A DNA stretch of 64,000 bases from the NCBI GenBank assembly GCA_964016885.1, contig OZ024741.1, positions 64,914,001 to 64,978,000 of the forward strand, in the 5' to 3' direction. Positions 1 to 11,700 of the stretch are shown here, piece after piece; position 1 is the first letter of the stretch, and each line of letters starts with the position of its first letter. The notes under the pieces are model-generated. The model searched no databases and had not been told where the DNA came from. It saw nothing but the letters and a program-made list of their open reading frames with translations. Source of the stretch: Eledone cirrhosa. Its lineage: Eukaryota. The position numbers and the translations under genes were made by a program.

Positions 1-289
1 GATTTGATTGTTATTTCTAGCACGTTGAACGACCATGTATTGGTTTCTTCATTGGTTCGACATAACTTTTTTTGTGTATGTGTGGAGGCTAATTGGAAGT
101 TTTAACGTTCATGCCTTTTCCTAAGGATATCAAAAGAATGAAGAGAAATAAACTTATTTTAACCAGGAACCAAAACACGATTCCATACTGCACTAGCGTG
201 GAGTTTAACTCTTGTTTTAAGTGTGGTGCCAGACTTCAAATTTTCAGGAGGATTGCGTTATGGTCGATCAAATTTATTTTAGTATATGG

Positions 290-545
290 TTGATAAGGTG
301 ACGGGCGTCGAGCCTCAATATTTTTTCTGGCTCACTGCGCTTTGAGTTCAAATCCCACCGAGGTCAACTTTGCCTTTTATCCTTTCGAGGTCGACAAATA
401 AAATACCAGTGCAGAGCTGGTTCTCTTTCTCTCTCTCAGAATCGGCGGTAATCAGATCTGAAGAGGGATGGGTCCCACCAGGTTTAGAAGGCCCAAGACA
501 AGCCGTGTGACACGACGGCGCATCTCCGACTCCATTAGGAGTTAA
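290..545 (+). mobile_element. tRNA-derived SINE, variant with (CT)n plus an alternative 3' tail
   Basis: B-box GAGTTCAAATCC, central GCCTTT(C/T)ATCCTTTCGAGGTCGA..TACCAGT domain, then (CT)n and a tail ending CCATTAGGAGTTA. Similar tail at ~7525-7600 (-), ~37050-37170 (+) and ~45820-45915 (-). Confidence 0.7.
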
Positions 546-676
546 AGGTCTTTTACATTATATGCCTGATAATTATTTCCCCTCTCCAGATTCTCGAGCT
601 TAGAAACTCGGAAAGTAAAAATAAAAGGGACATAGTTAAATACTGTTCCTGAAACTTGAATGCATCCTGACACATA

Positions 677-861
677 CGAGTGTCGGCTGAAAAGTTCATA
701 TGCTGACTGTGAAGGAATGATGCTAAAGCTGTGAAATCTTGCATACATTAATTTCAACTCTTCCTAATAACAGCACTTTTTTTTTCAGGGACAAAAAAAA
801 ACTACATTTAGTCATTCCATGAGAGTATCTTAGTCAGACTGAACTTTTCAGCCAACTCTCG
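677..861. mobile_element. Tc1/mariner-type MITE
   Basis: Terminal inverted repeats CGAGTGTCGGCTGAAAAGTTCA / TGAACTTTTCAGCCAACTCTCG, flanked by TA on both sides (675-676, 862-863). Confidence 0.85.
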
Positions 862-1461
862 TAGTTCTATATTTCCGCTGACTTGCGACTAGTTAAAAGG
901 TTTAGTTCTCCTATCTTCTTCTGACTATCTCTTTGAAAGTAGCGGTAAACGATTTAAAGAAACCTTATTTCAATAAGAGACATACTGTTATATATAGTGA
1001 AGTAATTTGAGCTCCAGATTCAGCTGGTTCCGGCTGACACTACCTGAAATTAGCCTATATCGAAATACTTGTTTGGTTTATGGTCTGTGTTGAAAAAGGA
1101 GGGATGAAGCACGACGCTAGTAACGTTTTCTCCATAAATCAAAATTGTTACAGAAACGACGAGAGTCGCCCAATGCTCCACAGGGAGTAAAACGGACTTA
1201 AAGCTATTCTGACGAGCGCAGCGTGAGAAAGTAGGAACAATTTTTCAGCTAGCAGATCGTGTGTAAACAAAAAGAAAGAAAGAAATACAAAAAGATAATT
1301 GCTGGTGAACATCAATCAATAAAACAACTTTCCATATAGACACACCTATAATTTAACTGGAAACAGAGAGCTTCACTATTGATTTTCATAATTCTCTCTT
1401 CTCCTTTCCCCTCTCTCTCTCCTTTATTGTTGTATTGGACCTCGGTTTGACATTGTTTTAA

Positions 1462-2156
1462 CCCTTCCGTTACCATTATTTCTAATGAAATCAGGTTAAC
1501 GGATTGGCAGAATCAGTAGAGCGCCTGACACCATGCTTAGCGGCATAGAGCTACGGCCCTTTGCATTCTGAGTTCAAATTACGCCGAAGTTAGTTTTGCC
1601 TTTCCTCCTTACGGGGTCGATAAAATAAAGTACCAGTCATGCACTGGGGCCAATTTAATCGACTTTCCCTTCCTCCAAAACTGCTGTCTTTGTGCCTAAA
1701 ATACAAACAATTATTTCTAATGAAATCAGGACGGTGGATTGACAGAATCGTTAGTGTCGGGGAAAATGCTTTGCGGCATTTATGTCCTGAGTTCAAATCC
1801 CGCCAAGGTCTACTTTGCCTTTCATCCTTTCGGGGTCGATAAAATAAAGTACCAGTCACATATTGGGGTCGGTGTAATGACCTTTTCTGTCCCCACAAAT
1901 TGTTGGCCTTGTGCCTAAATCAAAAACCATTATTTCTAATGAAATCCAGTGCCTATGATTTTTATATAATTTTGAAATTTACCATGAATTCAGAGCATAA
2001 CTAATTTTTTCATTATTGAGCTGGTGTTTGGAATATAACAAAAGTTCTTACATGAAATTGTGATGGAAGATTTTAAAATAAATAACTATTTTAACAAAGT
2101 TTTTTTTTTAATCAGAGAACCATATGCTGTTTCAGAGGGGTTTGGTCTCAAAAGGG
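1462..2156. mobile_element. piggyBac-like MITE (family B) interrupted by two SINEs
   Basis: TTAA|CCCTT ... AAGGG|TTAA ends. Related decayed copies near 9125-9348, 11975-12220, 41560-41790, 45215-45663 and 47707-47940. Confidence 0.7.
1497..1932 (+). mobile_element. Two tandem tRNA-derived SINEs
   Basis: Each has an A-box-like TGGCAGAATC/TGACAGAATC, B-box GAGTTCAAAT, central CCTTACGGGGTCGATAAAATAAAGTACCAGT domain and GTGCCTAAA tail. Confidence 0.85.
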
Positions 2157-2786
2157 TTAAATTGACATCGTATATGTCAGATAGACTACGTGATTAAATA
2201 GCATCAGGTAGGCCTATGTTGGCCGTTATACATTTACAATATAAACTAAACAAGTATGTATGCAAATATGCATTAAATCACCAAGTCTGAATACTGAATG
2301 AGAAACATTTGTAATGTAGATACTTTTGGCAATTTTTGGTTTAGTTCCAATAAAATAAGACAAATATAATCCCCAAAGTCAAGACCTCGCAGAAGATTTA
2401 TCAAAAGTACACTACTATTATGTTTTCAGCAGGATAAACCACAACTAATAGTAAAAGACTACCACAAATGGTCTTGTCCAACCCATGCCAGAGGACCTAA
2501 AAAAGTGATAATCATAATTACAGGCACGTATGCATTCGCATACACATACACATAAACAATTGAGTAAAATCAGAAAATGAGAAATTTTGAGTAATGATTT
2601 GTAAAGTTTTAGCTTCCAAAAGCATGTATCATAATCCTCGTTTTTACGTCAACTTTTCGATGTTGACATGGGTTGGACAGGATGTTTTGCCCTTCCCAAC
2701 ACCAATCCTTTTAGTCGCATATTTCAACACGTAGGGATAGTGTACCTATTCTAAAAACCGGGATATACACACACATATTTATAATC

Positions 2787-3062
2787 GATTGGCAGTATCG
2801 GTAGAGGGTCGGATGCCATGCTTTGCAGCATAGAGTTACGGCCCTTTATGATCTGAGTTCAAATCCCGCCAAGGTTAAATTTACCTTTCATCCTTACGGG
2901 GTCGATAAAATAAAGTACCAGTCACGCACTGGGGCCGATTGATTAAATCGTCCCCAGTGCGTGACTGGTACTTTATTTTATCGACCCCGTAAGGATGAAA
3001 TGTAAATTTAACCCTCCGCCCAAATTACTGGCCTTGTGCATATACTAGAAACCATTATTATT
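2787..3062 (+). mobile_element. tRNA-derived SINE with internal fold-back inversion
   Basis: SINE head and tail are intact; 2873-2940 is repeated in inverted orientation at 2946-3013. Confidence 0.85.
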
Positions 3063-3067
3063 ACTAA

Positions 3068-3262
3068 GGGTGGTGAATTGGCAGTATCGGTAGAGGGTCA
3101 GATGCCATGTTTTCTAGCATAGTTATGTCCCTTTATGATCTGAGTTCAAATCCTGCCGAGGTTAACTTTGCCTTTCATCCTTACGGGGTAGATAAAATAA
3201 AGTACCAGTAATGTACTGGGTATTTGCTGGCCTTGTGCCAAAAAGTAGAAACAATTATTATT
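3068..3262 (+). mobile_element. tRNA-derived SINE (dominant family of the window)
   Basis: TGGCAGTATCGG A-box, GAGTTCAAATCC B-box, central domain, tail GGCCTTGTGCCAAAAAGTAGAAAC(AAT/ATT)n. Confidence 0.9.
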
Positions 3263-3389
3263 ACTAGCAGAAAAACCACCCTTTGGCCTGTTTTCTGCTA
3301 GCATATGTAGTGTGCATATTGGTATTATACGCAAATATATATGCATATAGATATATGTAAATAGAAAAGTAAATTGACAATATCTTCTT

Positions 3390-4020
3390 CACCCACTTAT
3401 TTCTGAGAGGGTCGTGGGGGCAGAGTCCTTTTCAAACACTCCTTCCAGTGAGTCTGTCAGTAGCAAACATCTGTAACTGATCCAGCTGGATCCCAAAGTG
3501 TGACCAGCCAAGCTCATGGATGCTATCCAACTAGCTTGCTCAGGGTCTACCTCTGGGTCTCTTGCCGGCTGGTTTTGCCTGTAAAATGTGTCCAGTGATT
3601 TTTTACTGAGACATTCTAGCCACATGTTCATAATATCGGAGTTGTGATCTCTCAATTCGGAGAAGTAGCAGCTCTACCAGGAGTGACTCTCTGGTCTCTG
3701 AGTTATGCACTTTATCGAGTAACGTTACTCCAAAGACCCTTCGGAGGAATCCCATTTCTGCCACTTTTATTTGCAATTGTATTCTTTTGGTCATTACTCA
3801 AGATTCATGATCCTCGGTAAGAGTTGGCGGGAATACCAGGAAGACAGCGAGTTTGGCTTTTGCCCCCCCCCCCCCCCTCATCTGATTGCTGAAGCATTAC
3901 TGCATCAGCTTTTGCAATTCTTGCACTTAATTCAGCCTCCTGCATTCCATCACTCATGAACACGGCTCCAAGATACTTGAACTTCTCTAACCGCTTCAGT
4001 AAAACTCCATTCACATGTAT
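3390..4020 (-). mobile_element. RTE-clade LINE 3' fragment, Expander/Rex3-like, degenerate
   Basis: Translations EKFKYLGAVFMSDG..E.ELSARIAKA and AEMGFLRRVFGVTLLDKV...LLLLRIERSQLRY.EHVARM are typical RTE C-terminal motifs; frameshifted. Confidence 0.8.
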
Positions 4021-4208
4021 ATAAATTTGAGGGACTTCTGTCCACCCGCCCATCACGCAATGTGTATGTGTGTTTAAAAGGAAGGAAAGGGATACACACA
4101 TATATATGTCTAACTTAAAAACAGTGACACACATACACGTGTCTCTAATTTAAGAACGCCGACAAACTCATGCGCGCGCACATATACACACTGTCCTATT
4201 ACCACTTA

Positions 4209-4652
4209 AGAGCTTTGGCCCGGGCAAACATCCCCTCAATTTTGGAACCATCTGGGTTGTCCTGAATTGATGGGAAAAGACTTGACGGTCCTACTCTGTG
4301 CTCCTGGTCAAGAGGCGGGTGCCTGACCTGGGACATCACAGTTAGTGACTCTTTTGCTTCTTCCCACATTCTGGATGCAGTGGTAAGGGCAAGAGTTACA
4401 GCATCCGCAGCTGAACGGAACAATATCTTAAAATACCGTGTTCTGTCAGCTAACTACATTATCCAGCCTGTGGCGTTCGAGACGTTTGGGGGAGTCGGGC
4501 TACTGACAGCGAGATTCTTATCTTCACTGGTGGCTCGCCAAACAGAGGTAACTGGTGATGCTTGTGAGAGCACTTGGTTGTTCCAGCACCTCAGCGTCGC
4601 CATCACCCCAGATAAAGCTGCGAGCATGCTGGCCTGCCTCAAACATTATTAG
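4209..4652 (+). pseudogene. CRE-clade non-LTR retrotransposon, C-terminal restriction-like endonuclease fragment
   Basis: One frame reads RALARANIPSILEPSGLS*IDGKRLDGPTLCSWSRGGCLTWDITVSD...AAERNNILKY...PVAFETFGG...WLFQHLSVAI...AASML, matching the EP.GL...DGKRPDG..W..G..L.WD.T / ET.G pattern of CRE RLE domains; one internal stop. Confidence 0.8.
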
Positions 4653-4829
4653 AGAGGTTTCCCAGTGCTCCTCGCTATATTGCTATCTTTTGCTATGGTA
4701 GCGGCTCGTTTTTCCACTCTTTCGCCTGCATTTTGTTCTATGTGGTCTAAGATGTGTGCATTACGTGCTTGTGTATATTTTCTCTTTCTTTTTTTCCTTT
4801 CCTTTTCCTTTGTGTATATTATATTCAAT

Positions 4830-5718
4830 TGGCATAGTTACGTCCCTTTACGATCTGTGTTCAAATCCTGTCGAGGTTAACTCTGCCTTACATCCTTATG
4901 GGATCGATAAAATAAAGTACCAGTAATGCACTGGGGTAATTGCTGGTCTTGTGCCAAAAGTAGAAACAATTATTAAAAAGGTGGTGGATTGGGAGTATTG
5001 GTAGAGGGTCGGATGCCATGCTTTGCATAGAGTTACGGCCCTTTACGATCTGAATTCAAATCCCACCGAGGTTAACTTTGCCTTTCAATTTTAAATTATT
5101 AATGTTTACCAAATTTAGTAGATAAATTATGTAATATTCATTCATTATTTATTCAAAGTAATTGCTGGCCTTGTGCCTAAAGTAGAAACAATTATTTATT
5201 CAAAGTAATCCAACTTATTTTACTAACTGGATTAAAAGAAATAAACCGTACGCAGTCCCGCAGTCCTTACTTTATTATAGTTTAGATTGTTATGACTCGG
5301 CGAGCTATAAACTCGGAGTTCTTTAAGTTGAGTTCAAACCCCACCAAAGTTAGTCATCCTTATGGGGTCGATAAAATAAAGTACTACGAATGCACTGGGG
5401 TCGATTTAATCGATTTTCCCCTCTCCCCAAAATTGTTAGCCTTGTGCCTAAATCAGAAACCATTATCATATTTGTCTCCTTTTCCACGCTGGAATGGATT
5501 TTTTGAGGCCAATGTTCTCTATCTAGATGCCATTGGTGGATTGGCAGTATCGGTAGAGGGTCGGACGCCATGCTTTGACGTATAGAATTACGGCCCTTGC
5601 CATTCTGAGTTCAAATCTCGCCGAGGTTAACTTTGCCTTTCATCCTTACGGGGTCGATAAAATAAAGTACCAGTACTGGGTAATTGCTGGCCTTGTGCCT
5701 AAAGTAGAAACAATTATT
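4830..5718 (+). mobile_element. Cluster of full and partial tRNA-derived SINEs
   Basis: Copies at ~4830-4975, 4980-5090, 5158-5195, 5320-5465 and 5535-5718 with B-box, central domain and/or tail. Confidence 0.85.
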
Positions 5719-5850
5719 GATGTCAAACTATACTTTAATACAAGTATGATATATAGTGCTCATCTTTGTCAAAACAGTTAGTTGTGTGGTGTATTCTATA
5801 TTGACACAAACAAATGTCACTAAGAAAAAGACACATATTCGTGTGTGTGT

Positions 5851-5895
<45 letters not shown>

Positions 5896-6645
5896 TACAT
5901 ACATACACAATGGGCTTTATTACAGTTTGTCTACCAAATTCACCAACAAAGCATTAATTAGGATCGAACCCGAAATCGTATGGCTGTAAAGCTAACTTCT
6001 TAACCACACAGTAATGTGTGTGTGTATATATACAAACATACACTCTTACACACATATACACCCACTTGCATACAGGTACATACACTTAAACATATAAGTA
6101 TATACATTATATACACCACTCATGTCATATCTGGGAATTGTGAGTATTTATAAAACGTATTTCTGTTAATGCATTATGAAAAGTAGAAAAGGAGACAATA
6201 TCAGTAGTAGCTGCAGCAGTGACATTTTCCTTCATGTAAGTACTCCATACATGAAAAAGCATGTACAGACACAGTTCTACTTTACACTTACCTACACATT
6301 AAATAATATAGTGGGAGGACAAGCTTTTATATTCATTGTGTTTATTGACACATCATACATGCCATTGAATATCATAGAAAACAACTAGTTGGTTAAGTAC
6401 TACACAATGCTTAGCATAGATTAAAAACAAATTCACTCTAATGGAAGTCTAGTAAGGCCTTTGGCTTATAAACAGTTATCAAGCACTTATGATTCAAATG
6501 GGATCTCTTAATTAATTGTAGCAACAGACAATAACATATTCATTACTAATACGATTTAACATAAGCTCTTTTTTTTCCCTGAACATAACTAATTCTGTGT
6601 ATGTGTATATGTCTTTTATTAATGTTATCTGTATTATATTATATA

Positions 6646-7158
6646 CTAGCAGGGGTACCCGGCGTTGCACGGTATAAGGTATTTTGGAAGGAGGGCCGCC
6701 AACAGACCTAATCGTGGAAAAACTGCATGCCTGGACAATATGTAAAGAAAATAAACTGAATACTCTGATCGCTGGATAATCTTTAAGATTTTACTCGATG
6801 AAGCAGGAAAAATGCAGGGGATCAAGAAAATGATTTGTTTTAATGTGTATAATATGCCTTGAAATTTCGGGAAATTCGGCTAGACTCAAAAAAGCCCTAA
6901 AAAGCTGAAAAATGAAGTTTTTCACCTAATGCGGGACTTAGGCCATAAAAAGTTTGATTTGTTTATGTGCATAACACTTCCTGAAACATAAGTAATACAC
7001 ATGTAAAGTTTTTAAAAAATCGGTTGGGTACTTCTCGAGTTTTAGGGATTCAAACTCACAAACACACACACAGACAGATATCCTCAGGGAAGTGACGTAA
7101 TGCAGACAGCCAGACACACAGACAGATATTATAAGGGCGCGACGTTATATGTATGTAT
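6646..7158 (-). mobile_element. Non-autonomous Helitron-like element
   Basis: Minus strand ends CCGTGCAACGCCGGGTACCCCTGCTAG|T (GC-rich hairpin plus CTAG); ACAG microsatellite near the other end; an internal segment recurs at ~7205-7300. Confidence 0.65.
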
Positions 7159-7317
7159 CTATCTAAAAAGAGAAAGACTAAGAATTATAGAGAGAGATCA
7201 CTAAATCGCCTAATGCGGTCCCTAGGGCATTGAAAATTTGAAATTGTTTTTGCTCAGAACACTCCCTGAAACACAAGTATTACATGTGTAAAGTTTGAAA
7301 AGAGTCGTGGATGCAGC

Positions 7318-8095
7318 ATGGCTAAATGGTTAAGTAGGTCGTGGGTTTGATTCCATTGTGTGGCATCTTGGGCAAGTTTCGTTTACAATAGCTTCATGTT
7401 GGTCCAAGTTTTGTGAGTGAAATTGGGCAGATGGAAACTGTTTGGAAGCTTGTCGGATGGACTCTACCTGTAATTCAAAGGACCAGCCTTGTCACATTCA
7501 GTGTCATGCTTGCATACATGGTCCCGTAACTCCTGGCATTTCTAGGACATTTTAAAAGCTAACGGTGCCTGTCTCCTCCAGGTCTGAATACAGCAGATTT
7601 CTTCCAGAGAAGATAGATAGTGAGAGGATGGGGATGAGAAAGAGACATAGAGGAAGAATCAACCACAGTACTAGACTGGGTACTTTTTTATCGACCTCAA
7701 ATGGTTGAAAGGCAAAGTTGATCTCAGCAGGATTTGAAATCAGAGAGTAGAGAGCCGAAACGAATACCGCAAAGCATTCTACTGACGTTCTAATGACTCT
7801 ACTAATTCGTCGCCACTGTCATGCTTAATCTCTCCCAAAATTACTGTATTTCCCGGCGCCGAAGACGCTACTTTTTCTCTAAAAGAAGTCTCAAAAATCT
7901 ACCATGCGTCCTGGAGGTCGGAGGTTGTTTATTATTTTCTTTTCAAATTTTTGGTCGTCAAATTTAGGGTGTATCCTCGGGGATGAAGCGTCTTTGGCGC
8001 CAGGAAATACGGTACGTTATGGAGTCATATACATGTTAATTTCATGAGCAGGCTGCTCCATTGATGATCCTGTGGTAAACAGGCAAAACTTTAGA
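7318..8095 (+). mobile_element. CORE-type tRNA SINE hosting nested insertions
   Basis: tRNA-like head, TTGGGCAAG core and GTGAGTG...GATGGAAACTG. Body resembles 56075-56360 and 60520-60720. Split by a minus-strand SINE (TGTCATGCTT duplicated on both sides) and by a MITE. Confidence 0.6.
7844..8012. mobile_element. pogo/Tc2-type MITE
   Basis: TIRs CTGTATTTCCCGGCGCCGAAGACGC / GCGTCTTTGGCGCCAGGAAATACGG with TA duplication. Confidence 0.85.
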
Positions 8096-8117
8096 GTAAC
8101 AAGGCTCATTATTTATG

Positions 8118-8706
8118 AGGGCGGTGGATTGGCAGTATCGGTAGAGGGTCGGACATGCTTTCCAGCATAGTTACGTCCCTTTACTATCTGAGTTCAAATC
8201 CCGCCAAGGTTGACTTTGCCTTTCATCCTTACGGGGTCGATAAAATAAAAGTACCAGTAATGCACTGGGTAATTGCTGGCCTTGTGCCTAAAGTAGAAAC
8301 AATTATTTAGCCTTAATAATAATAATACTAATAGTTTCTACTTTTGGCACAAGGCCAGCAATTATTCCAGTGTATTACTGGTACTTTATTTTATCGACCC
8401 CGTAAGGATGAAAGGCAAAGTTAACCTCGGCGGGATTTGAACTCAGAATGGAAAGGGCCGTAACTCTATACGTCAAAGCATGGCGTCCGACCCTCTACCG
8501 ATACTGCCAATCCACCGCCCTCAATAATAATAATAATAATAATTGTTTCTACTTTTTGCACAAGGCCAGCAATTACCCAGTGCACTACTGGTACTTTATT
8601 TTATCGACCCCGTAAGGATGAAAGGCAAAGTTAACCTCGGTGGGATTTGAACTCAGATCGTAAAGGGACGTAACTATGCTGGAAAGCATGGCATTCGACT
8701 CTCTAC
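8118..8706. mobile_element. Three SINEs: one plus (8118-8307) and two minus (8333-8522, 8540-8706)
   Basis: Same family as 3068-3262; tail-to-tail arrangement around (AAT)n. Confidence 0.9.
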
Positions 8707-11700
8707 CTATAGGTAATCAATGAAAAGTTCCAAATATACATGAATTATATATAGGACAATGCATTTTACCATAAATTATAAATAAAACATTTAAACATTT
8801 AAGTCAGGAAAAAGAAACATTACATTTATTTGTGCAACCGATCGCACCAAATGGGTTCTGTCATTTTAGCACCTACAAATGTTTTAATGGATACACTAGC
8901 AGTATTCCCGCTGGTAGTCAGACAGACTGCTAGTGGTTTAGTGGTTACTAAGTTGCCTGTAATCCTTATGTGATATAAGGGGAGGTATAGTAAAACTTTA
9001 ATTGTGGACGTGGGGAATGATGTACTGAATGTCATATACAAACAATTCTTGAACTTTCCCTATTATTTGGAGAAAGTAAACAAAATCCAACTAGTAATTG
9101 TTAGAGACTCTCTACGATAATGTTTACCCTTGTGATATCAACCTGGCCCAAACTACACCTCGTTCTACGAAAAAAATTTAATGATTCTTATTTAAATAAA
9201 AATCTTCCTACATAATTTTATATAATAAGCATATGCTAAGTTACTGACTTAAGTAATTAAATAATAATTTTGTAAACTCATCAACATTTTTCATAAATTA
9301 ATTTAAATAGAGGGTGTTTCATTAGAAATACGGTTACAAAAGAGTTAAGAAATTACAAACAATTCTCTCGAATTTAATTTACATGAAATTTAAATGCTCA
9401 GAGGGGGAAAACAGGATCTTTATGTGCAAGGGACCACTATCGACCTCATCAGCAAAGTATAGTCTACTTAAGCCTACCTGGTAGCAAAAATTCTTACATA
9501 TAGAAAAAGAGTTACAAATAATAAGAGTGTCTTAGTTCTGTTCCATGCTGTACTGCATTATCAGACTGTCCTTGCATGGTTCCAGTAGCATATAGGTTTT
9601 TTTCTATGTGGAGTGGTAGCTAGTCCCTCATGCAAACCATCGCCATTTCTGGAGAATGGGGCGCTGTGATTGATCTCCCATAATCTTTCTCACAGCCAAT
9701 TCAGAAAGAGAGAGAGAGAGGTGAGGGAGCAAGAAGTATCAACCCTCAGTATATAACTAGTACTATATTTATTGATTCTCAAAGGTTCAAGAGCAAAGTT
9801 GACTATGGCAGGATTTAATTCTTAATATCCTGAAATGATTTAGCAGAAAATATCTAAAAACAGGATCTATTGATTTTTATTGTATCTTAAATTAGTGACC
9901 AAATCGGTGTGAAATGTTGCAGTATTATAGTAAAGACTTTAATTTTTAATGGGATGCAGTTTTAGTACTGTTTTGTACTTTTCAAAAATGTCTTGTTAAT
10001 GTGGTTTCATGTGGTACAGGGTGTTAAATGTTGCATATCAAGCCAGGAGAAAGACTGCAAGGCATTCTATCCAGCACTCTCATGTAAGATCTAATTACAG
10101 GCTTGTTTGAATCTCACTTGTTTAGCCCCAGGTCACCCATTTGTCTTTCTATCAAGCATTGGAAGCATTGTGTACATAGGAATACATTATGCAGTGTGTC
10201 CCTCTCTTTTCAATATGGTAGGGTGTAATTTGAAGGAATTTTGACTGCTAGTTTTAGTAGGTCAAGTAACCCTTCTCCATAAAGATTCTCTTTTCCATAA
10301 CTGCAAAGATCTGGCCTAGTATAGTCTAATGTCAGCTGAATGTCTATTCCTCCCTCTAAATCATTGACAAATTTGTTGCAGAATATAATTGGAGAGAGAA
10401 AGAGAAGGAATATTACCAGAAGCTTAACTGAGTCTTACAAAAGTGAGGTGTGCATGTGTGTGATTATGTAGATTGGAGTATAATAAACTCAATCAAGAAC
10501 ATAAAAAGGGTAAAGAAAAGAAGCAGACATAGCAATGATAATAACAACAGTTAACATCCCAACTCAATAAAAATAATATTATTCTTTGATATCATTCCTC
10601 TAAGTAACCATCCACCCACATACATTTTTGCATAGTATGTATGTGTATAGTTATGTATTTGTATGTATATGAGATGCATAAACATAGTTTCCCATTCAAT
10701 ATGCATGTGTGTGTGTGTATATATGTTTGTGTAGATACACATACATGCATGAGTATCTGTATATGTATTTCAGTGTGTGCATGAGAGTTTATATATATAT
10801 ATATTCACACACACATACATACAGATATAGATAATAGACCATTCCGCGAGGTATCTATTTGCTGGAAGATTTGGCACAAGACAGACAGGTCAGTGAGATT
10901 AGTCAATACTTTAGTAAATGCTTCCACACTTTTTTGGGAAATCAAGTTACCATTTTCAGCTGACTTTTTCTAAAATGTATATTTATCAATCGAATATATA
11001 AATTTCTTTTAGTGGTTTCCAACATTGAACTGCGGCCATAACAGAGCACCATCTTGAAGGGTTTAGTCATATCAGCCCTGATACTTATTTCAGTTGGTTA
11101 ATTATTTTAACCACCCCTGTCTCTTGAAGTGTTTTAAACTATGGTACATCCCACCAAGGTTAGATGTGCCTTTCATCCTTACAAGGTCAATAAAATAAAG
11201 TACCAGTAATGCACTGAGGTCTATTTAATCTATTTCCCCTCCCTCCAAAATTGTTGGCCTCATGCCTAAATCAGAAATTATTATTAAATTAAGCTGTTGT
11301 CTTGTATATGTCATATCCATTTTGATATCAAACTGCCTGACATCCCCCCACTTCACTTCAATATAAAACTGTTTTTAAATGTTTGTATTAATCTAAAAAA
11401 CCTTACATATTAATTTAATATAAGAACCTTTCATTTTAAAAGTCTTACATGAAAGTGGCTCTGGTTCTATTAAATAGCTTCACCCATTTTAAAGGGTTCC
11501 TATTTAAATTTACCAACATAATTTTATTTAAGAACCCTATATTAAGCTTAGTAATAAAATAATGTTAGTAAATCCCTAAAACTGTTTTAGCTAAATATTT
11601 AAAAAATCTTAAACAGTCTAGACATTGTTTTTCATTAGAAATATGGTAACAAAATAATCTTACATAAAATTATGATAGCAGGTTTTGTCACAAATCCAGA

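Noticed and set aside
3068-3160. tRNA-like A and B boxes in many copies
   Set aside because: No cloverleaf or acceptor stem; these are SINE heads, not tRNA genes.
8826-9041. 71-aa minus ORF in unique sequence with a 10-bp inverted repeat (CACTAGCAGT/ACTGCTAGTG)
   Set aside because: No recognisable domain, weak splice signals, and the stem is too short for a pre-miRNA call.
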